Assembly: GCA_050287845.1 (NCBI GenBank)
Contig: JBNKCR010000025.1
Span: 32,001 to 96,000, forward strand
Direction of reading: 5' to 3'
Source of the DNA: Polyangia bacterium
Lineage (GTDB): Bacteria; Myxococcota_A; Polyangia; JAAYKL01
DNA: 64,000 bases
Positions 58,778 through 64,000 of this stretch are shown here, one piece after another. The notes beneath the pieces were generated by a model. That model was not told where the DNA came from. It saw only the letters and a list, made by a program, of their open reading frames with translations, and made no database searches. The position numbers and the translations under genes were made by a program. Positions within the stretch are counted from its first letter, which is position 1; the number at the start of each line of letters is the position of its first letter.

Positions 58778-59206
58778 ATGCGAGCCATGATGACAATTTT
58801 ATGCACAGTTTGGGCCGTGGCGCTCATTTCGTGTATCGATGACGATGATCGCTGTGGGGACCTGGAGTGGCAGGAAGCGAATCTGTGGTGCCAGGGCGCA
58901 ACCGATACGTCGGTTGTGGATACGGGAACCGGGGCAGGCACCGATACGGCGACAGACAGCATGTCGACGCCGATTCTGGGCGAAGCGTGCAATTCGGATG
59001 CGGATTGCACCCAGTACAATGCGGACTATTGTCTGGTTGCGCCACAGGGGGGTAATTTCTGTACATTGAAAAACTGTTCTGCGACGCCGGACAACTGTCC
59101 CGACGGATACACCTGTTGTGTGATGTCCCCTGACTCAGGCTTTGTAACCCACTGTATGCCCAATGAATTTTATGCGGCAATGGGCACGCAGTATTGTCAA
59201 CAGTAG
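58778..59206 (+). CDS. Small Cys-rich lipoprotein
   Basis: AAGGAG RBS; LISC lipobox; GEACNSDADC..FCT..C..CPDGYTCC. Confidence 0.75.
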   Translation: MRAMMTILCTVWAVALISCIDDDDRCGDLEWQEANLWCQGATDTSVVDTGTGAGTDTATDSMSTPILGEACNSDADCTQYNADYCLVAPQGGNFCTLKNCSATPDNCPDGYTCCVMSPDSGFVTHCMPNEFYAAMGTQYCQQ

Positions 59207-59214
59207 GAGGATAT

Positions 59215-60741
59215 ATGAATGCTAAAATAATAATTCTGATTTTCCCCATATCTCTTCTGCTGGTGGCAGGTTCGGCCTTCGGTCAGGTAGAGGAACCCCC
59301 CGAAGCAGGTCCGGCTGCCGCAGATGCAGCCCCGGTTGCAGAAGATGCAGCAGCACCCGCGTCGGAAGAGAATGCCGAGTCCGCGGATGCGACGGCCACC
59401 GACGAAGACGGGGTTGATCCGCAGACAGAAATTGAGGCCCTGAAACAGCAGATGTCCGAAATGAAGGAAGACTTCGATGCCCGGCTTGAAGAACTGGAGT
59501 TCGGCGCTATCGAGGATGTAGCTTCTGAAGACCTGGCGCACAGATTCGATATTTTCGGGTTCTACGACATGGCTTTCATGTGGCGTGGTATTGACGATGA
59601 GTCGTTTTTTGTGGAGGGACAGGGCTTTGTGAATACATCTCCCCAGTTTCTGCTGCAGCATCTGAATCTGTATTTTTCCAGTCAGATGACCAGTTCATTG
59701 TCATTCCTGGCTGAAATCCAGTTCACGTTTTTACCCAATGGTGCCATGGATGCGGGATTTTACAATCCCCAGCGAACCAGTACTCTGGTGGTGGATCCAT
59801 ACACCCAGCAACAATTTTCCTGGGGGAGCATCATGATTCAGCGGGCATGGCTCAAATGGGAGCCCGCCCAGTTCTTCGGGGTGAAAGCCGGATACTTCCT
59901 GACACCATATGGTATCTGGCATGAAGACCACGCCAGTACTGTGCGGTTATCCATTTTGCCTCCGTTTGAAAACGACACCGTGACGCCCCCCAAACTGGCG
60001 GGCAGGAAACCCATGCCGCCTGCACAATTGGGTCTGCAGTTATTCGGCCGGGTTTTCCCCGGCGATCACCTGCAGTTCGACTATGCATTTACCGTATCCA
60101 ATGGTCGGGGCGGCGCTGAAGGCGTAGTGGATTACGACGACAACAAGGGATTGGGATTGCGACTCAAGCTCACCTATTCCACCCCGGATGTTGAAGTTTC
60201 TCTCGGTGGATATGGCTATTATGGGGAAGTCACTGATAAATGGATGGCGGCCTGGAATGAGCAGCTACTTGAAAATTACAAAGAATACGTGGTTTCCGGC
60301 GATTTTCTCCTGTCTCTTTTTGGGGTGCGACTGCAGTCCGAATATATTCGCAACATGAAACGCTACAGTGAGAATGGGAGAACCTCTGCCTTTCTTTCCA
60401 GTTCCGATGACCTGCCGAACTATACACCGGACACGGTGGCCAGCCTGTTTTATGTGATGCTGGCCTATCAGCTGCCCCTCGACAGATGGTTGAACGGAAT
60501 GACGATTACCCCATATGTGGGGTTTGAGTATGACATACCGCGGGACGAGATGAAATGGTCTGCGACAGCGACCCAGGAAAAGGGAAAATTCACCAATACC
60601 GTGTACAATGCCGGCATTAATTTCAAACCGTCATCGTTTGTTTCACTGAAGCTGGAGGGCTCCTATCTGAAAGTGCACTTTCTGTCAAACATGAACGCGG
60701 AAATCTGGACAGCCGCAGCCCAGGTGGCTGTTTCGTTTTAA
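59215..60741 (+). CDS. Outer-membrane beta-barrel (porin-like) with N-terminal coiled coil
   Basis: AGGAGG RBS; signal peptide; RAWL..AGYFLTPYGIW; C-terminal VAVSF. Confidence 0.75.
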   Translation: MNAKIIILIFPISLLLVAGSAFGQVEEPPEAGPAAADAAPVAEDAAAPASEENAESADATATDEDGVDPQTEIEALKQQMSEMKEDFDARLEELEFGAIEDVASEDLAHRFDIFGFYDMAFMWRGIDDESFFVEGQGFVNTSPQFLLQHLNLYFSSQMTSSLSFLAEIQFTFLPNGAMDAGFYNPQRTSTLVVDPYTQQQFSWGSIMIQRAWLKWEPAQFFGVKAGYFLTPYGIWHEDHASTVRLSILPPFENDTVTPPKLAGRKPMPPAQLGLQLFGRVFPGDHLQFDYAFTVSNGRGGAEGVVDYDDNKGLGLRLKLTYSTPDVEVSLGGYGYYGEVTDKWMAAWNEQLLENYKEYVVSGDFLLSLFGVRLQSEYIRNMKRYSENGRTSAFLSSSDDLPNYTPDTVASLFYVMLAYQLPLDRWLNGMTITPYVGFEYDIPRDEMKWSATATQEKGKFTNTVYNAGINFKPSSFVSLKLEGSYLKVHFLSNMNAEIWTAAAQVAVSF

Positions 60742-60756
60742 CCAAGGAGAGCAACT

Positions 60757-61239
60757 GTGTCACATTTTATATCAAACGTGTCCACACGTAAAAAAGTACT
60801 TGGCGTATTTGCTGCTCTCCTGATGTGTTGCTTTCTGTTGCAGCAGGAAGAAGCGTCCGCCAGTGAAACTGAAAATCCGATGGATATTCTTGTTATCGTC
60901 AATAAAAACGTTCCAGTAAATTCCATAAATGAAACCGTGCTCAGAGGTATTTTTCTGAAAGTACGTAAGGATTGGCCCGGGGGACAGGCGGCGATGCCAG
61001 TTAATGCCAAAGACGAAACCCTGCGCGCCGCGTTCCGCAGCAGAGTGCTGCAGATGGATGCCTCAGCGGAAAAACGGCATTGGGAAGAGGTGAAGGTGAA
61101 ATACGGTCAGAGCGAACCGCCAGCGCTGTCCAACAACCTGAAGGCGGTGTTCAGTCTGAAAGGATCGGTGAGTTACGTGTACCGCAAAGATTTTACCGAG
61201 GGAATCGCCAAGGTGGTCATGGTCATTCCCGCTTCCTGA
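60757..61239 (+). CDS. Small periplasmic-binding-protein-like partner of the porin
   Basis: Signal peptide; LVIVN, IFL..W, GSVSYV. Confidence 0.65.
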   Translation: MSHFISNVSTRKKVLGVFAALLMCCFLLQQEEASASETENPMDILVIVNKNVPVNSINETVLRGIFLKVRKDWPGGQAAMPVNAKDETLRAAFRSRVLQMDASAEKRHWEEVKVKYGQSEPPALSNNLKAVFSLKGSVSYVYRKDFTEGIAKVVMVIPAS

Positions 61240-61557
61240 TCTGTTCTCATAAAAATATTGGTGTTTTATCCAGTGCCAGATAGGCGACAGGTACAGCGAG
61301 CGACTCGGTAAAATCGTTGGTTTCGTCATATGCATAAAATCGATGGGAGGGTCAGCGGAACTTTAATGGATGCGTCGCCATTTTCGCTTTCACCGGATTG
61401 GTATCCGCATAGCGCATTCGCGGCGAAGCGTCATTCCGGGACAGTCGCATGGCGGTGGGTACCGGGTTCGCCTCCTTTTATGATGTGATTCTCAATGCAT
61501 TGATGGTATTCTCCGGCATTCATGATTGCAGGATTCATTGACCAAAAAGGGGATCAC

Positions 61558-62328
61558 ATGCTCGGATACGAATCAATCGGCTCTGGACGGCAGGGCGTCA
61601 TCGTTCTTCACGATTGGCTTTGCGACACTTCAACCTGGGAGAGCGTTCGGCTATTCCTGAACACCGATGCGTTCTGCTGGGTATTTGCGGATATGCGCGG
61701 ATATGGAAAATCCATAGACCTGAAGGGCGCGTACACACTCGAAGAAACCGCTGCGGACGTTATCGCGCTGGCAGACCATCTTGGCTGGAACCGATTTGTT
61801 GTGATTGGACACTCCATGAGTACGCTGGTGGCTCTTCATCTGGCCCAGACGGCCGCCAGCCGCATCGAAAAGGTAGTGCTGGTGTGCCCGGTGCCCCCGC
61901 AGGGAATGGGCGCCGATGATGCCATCATAGCTGCCCTGCAAGGTGTGGCGGAAGGCGACGATGTCCACCGCGCGCAGGCGGTGAAGTATACCGTTGGAAA
62001 CAGGCTGTGCGACGGATGGATTCGCTACAAGGTGGCGCAATGGAGAGCCACCTCAACACCCGAAGCGGTACGCAGGTATATTTTTCCCTTTGCCCGGGAT
62101 GGGGTTCCCAATCCACAGGCAACGGTATCTGCGCCGCTGCTGGCAGTGACTGGAGAACAGGACGATGTTCCCATGCGTGGCGATAACGTCAGAGGGGTTT
62201 ATTCCCCCATCTGCAGTAGTCTGACCATTGCCCCCATTGCCGAATGCGGGCACTATCCCATGCAGGAAACCCCACCCCATCTCGCCACCCTCATCGAACG
62301 CTTCCTGCTGCCCTCCGAATCGATGTAA
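61558..62328 (+). CDS. Alpha/beta-fold hydrolase
   Basis: DMRGYGKS, GHSMS, GEQD, CGHYPMQETP. Confidence 0.9.
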   Translation: MLGYESIGSGRQGVIVLHDWLCDTSTWESVRLFLNTDAFCWVFADMRGYGKSIDLKGAYTLEETAADVIALADHLGWNRFVVIGHSMSTLVALHLAQTAASRIEKVVLVCPVPPQGMGADDAIIAALQGVAEGDDVHRAQAVKYTVGNRLCDGWIRYKVAQWRATSTPEAVRRYIFPFARDGVPNPQATVSAPLLAVTGEQDDVPMRGDNVRGVYSPICSSLTIAPIAECGHYPMQETPPHLATLIERFLLPSESM

Positions 62329-62357
62329 TCCATTCAGGGCATACCGTAAAATTTCTC

Positions 62358-64000
62358 TTACTCCATATATCCCAGGGCTTTGAGTTGTTCGCGGGCTTCG
62401 TCGCTGAGTTGATTTTCGCTTTTACCGCCGCCTCTGGCAGAGTTGCCTGCGCCGCCGCCGCCGGTGCCGCCAATTTTCGGTGGGGCGTCCAGCCCGGGAA
62501 GCTTCAGGACGAGCTCCCAGTTTTTGAGCTCTGCTTCAATCTGCTTCAGTACCGTTGCCGAATTGGGGTCCTTTGCCAGGTCAGTCATTTCACCGGGGTC
62601 TTCGGCAAGGTCAAACAGGTGACTGGAGAATTTGCCATCGGCATAATGTCTGGCGAGTTTATAGTCGCCCACGCGATACACCCGATATCTTCCCCTGGGG
62701 TCCAGCAGTGGGCCAACACCGTTGGATGTGCCGGGTTTGAAGCGGCTGGAGAGCAATTTCTTTTCGAATCGTTCGGCCATCACCGGACGACCGAAGGGCG
62801 CGCTGCCCATCTGGCCTGGCTGCAGGGCGGGCATCAGCGATCCGTACTGCACGGTTCGGGGAAGTTTCAGACCGGTCAGTTCAAATACAGTGGCAAAAAT
62901 CCCCAGTGTGGATACCTCCTGGGCCACTCTTCTGCCGGCCGCGATTTTGCCGGGATAACGGAACATGAACGGTACGTGCAAATCTTCCTGATACACCGAG
63001 GTGAGATGCCCGAACATATCATGTTCTCCGGAATGCTCGCCATGGTCACCGACTACCACGAAAACTGTGTTGTCCAGGGTGCCGCGCTTTTTCCAGATGT
63101 CGATGATTTTGCCGAGCAGGTAGTCGGTGTACTTCACACCGCCATCATACAAATCCAGAATGATTTGATGAATCTGCTTTTTCTCGTCATCGGTGAGCAG
63201 TCGTCCCATCTGGGCGCCGAATGCCAGCTGACCGGCGGTTCGCAAATCAGAAAGCGATTTCCTGGTGTACGCGTCACGAAACTGGCTGGGCAACTGATGG
63301 AAGGGAAAGTGGGCTTCCAGGAAGTTCACAAAAATAAATGCGGGGGGGCCGTCCTTGGGTCGCTGGGCCATCCAGTCTGCCACATTCCCGGCCACGTTGG
63401 CGCCACCTTTGTCCTGGGCGGTATTCAGCCCCAGTGCATCGACCAGTCGATAAATAAACGTGAAACCGCGACCACCGGCGCCGGTAATCCAGGCGTTATC
63501 AGTCCAGCCAAATCCCCGGGTGAGTCCGAATCCCGGTGTAATGTGGGGATTGGCGGTGAAGCAGCGGGTGTCATATCCCGCTTTGGCAAATGATTCGGCA
63601 ATGGTGGGGATGTCTTCGCTCAGAAAATTGGTTTCCGCGTGGGCCCCATGGGCAGAGGGCAGCATCCCGGTGAACATGGATGCATGGGATGCCAGCGACC
63701 ATGTGCCGGGAGCCATGGCATTTTCAAACAGGGTGCCTTCCTTTGCAAATTCATCAAAAATGGGCGTCGTCTTTCGTTCGTACCCATATGCCGACACATT
63801 ATGGGCCCGCACCGTATCCATCACCAGAAATACCACGTCCGGGGCGTCTTTGGGGGCATTCTGTTCTTTTTTCACCGACTTCATCTGATATCCGTCGCCC
63901 ATTTCGTAGTTGATGACAGGCACGGATAGCAGCACCGGTGGTAACAGCACGATGACCGCAATCACCGCCACGAAACGCCTGTGCCATATCCAGCGAAACA
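62358..64000 (-). CDS. Membrane-anchored sulfatase-like enzyme, 5' end probably outside the window
   Basis: MDTVRA, WSLASHASMFTG, EAHFPF, YDGGV, GDHGE, LFDLAEDPGE, LKALGYME. Confidence 0.88.
   Translation of the reverse strand, partial: FRWIWHRRFVAVIAVIVLLPPVLLSVPVINYEMGDGYQMKSVKKEQNAPKDAPDVVFLVMDTVRAHNVSAYGYERKTTPIFDEFAKEGTLFENAMAPGTWSLASHASMFTGMLPSAHGAHAETNFLSEDIPTIAESFAKAGYDTRCFTANPHITPGFGLTRGFGWTDNAWITGAGGRGFTFIYRLVDALGLNTAQDKGGANVAGNVADWMAQRPKDGPPAFIFVNFLEAHFPFHQLPSQFRDAYTRKSLSDLRTAGQLAFGAQMGRLLTDDEKKQIHQIILDLYDGGVKYTDYLLGKIIDIWKKRGTLDNTVFVVVGDHGEHSGEHDMFGHLTSVYQEDLHVPFMFRYPGKIAAGRRVAQEVSTLGIFATVFELTGLKLPRTVQYGSLMPALQPGQMGSAPFGRPVMAERFEKKLLSSRFKPGTSNGVGPLLDPRGRYRVYRVGDYKLARHYADGKFSSHLFDLAEDPGEMTDLAKDPNSATVLKQIEAELKNWELVLKLPGLDAPPKIGGTGGGGAGNSARGGGKSENQLSDEAREQLKALGYME

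Overview
This window comes from a diderm bacterium, probably of Myxococcota/Deltaproteobacteria type, inferred from its many lipoproteins with Asp/Thr/Ser-rich tethers. About 44 kb (3.5-47.4 kb) is a cobalamin/cobalt locus with three parts. (1) A cobalamin-riboswitch-led + strand operon for corrinoid uptake and salvage: BtuB-like receptor, beta-propeller lipoprotein, two CobN paralogs (one lacking the conserved His motif), ChlD- and ChlI-like subunits, an unusual ECF transporter, a radical SAM enzyme, cbiZ and cobO. (2) A convergent riboswitch-led anaerobic corrin-ring operon, cobA-cbiACKLDEFGHJ. (3) Upstream of it, a His-rich TonB-dependent metal-uptake operon with its own TtpB/TtpC-ExbBD-TonB-TPR module. 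The most unusual signals are: an AT-rich gene flanked by two halves of an attC-like site, each abutting one end of a group II intron in permuted order (47.5-49.0 kb); a probable -1 frame shift joining cbiG to cbiH; one palindromic repeat family inserted in-frame in both cbiE and cbiA; matching promoters before both riboswitches; and a cluster of two radical SAM/SPASM enzymes with non-formylglycine sulfatase-like enzymes and an orphan Cys/acidic membrane protein (50-55.7 kb). The flanks carry a YprB-like nuclease, a GH114 enzyme, Cys-rich lipoproteins, a porin/PBP-like pair, a hydrolase and a partial sulfatase. All calls rest on reading motifs by eye; no searches were run. Several starts were moved from the ORF track using RBS and stop/start overlaps.
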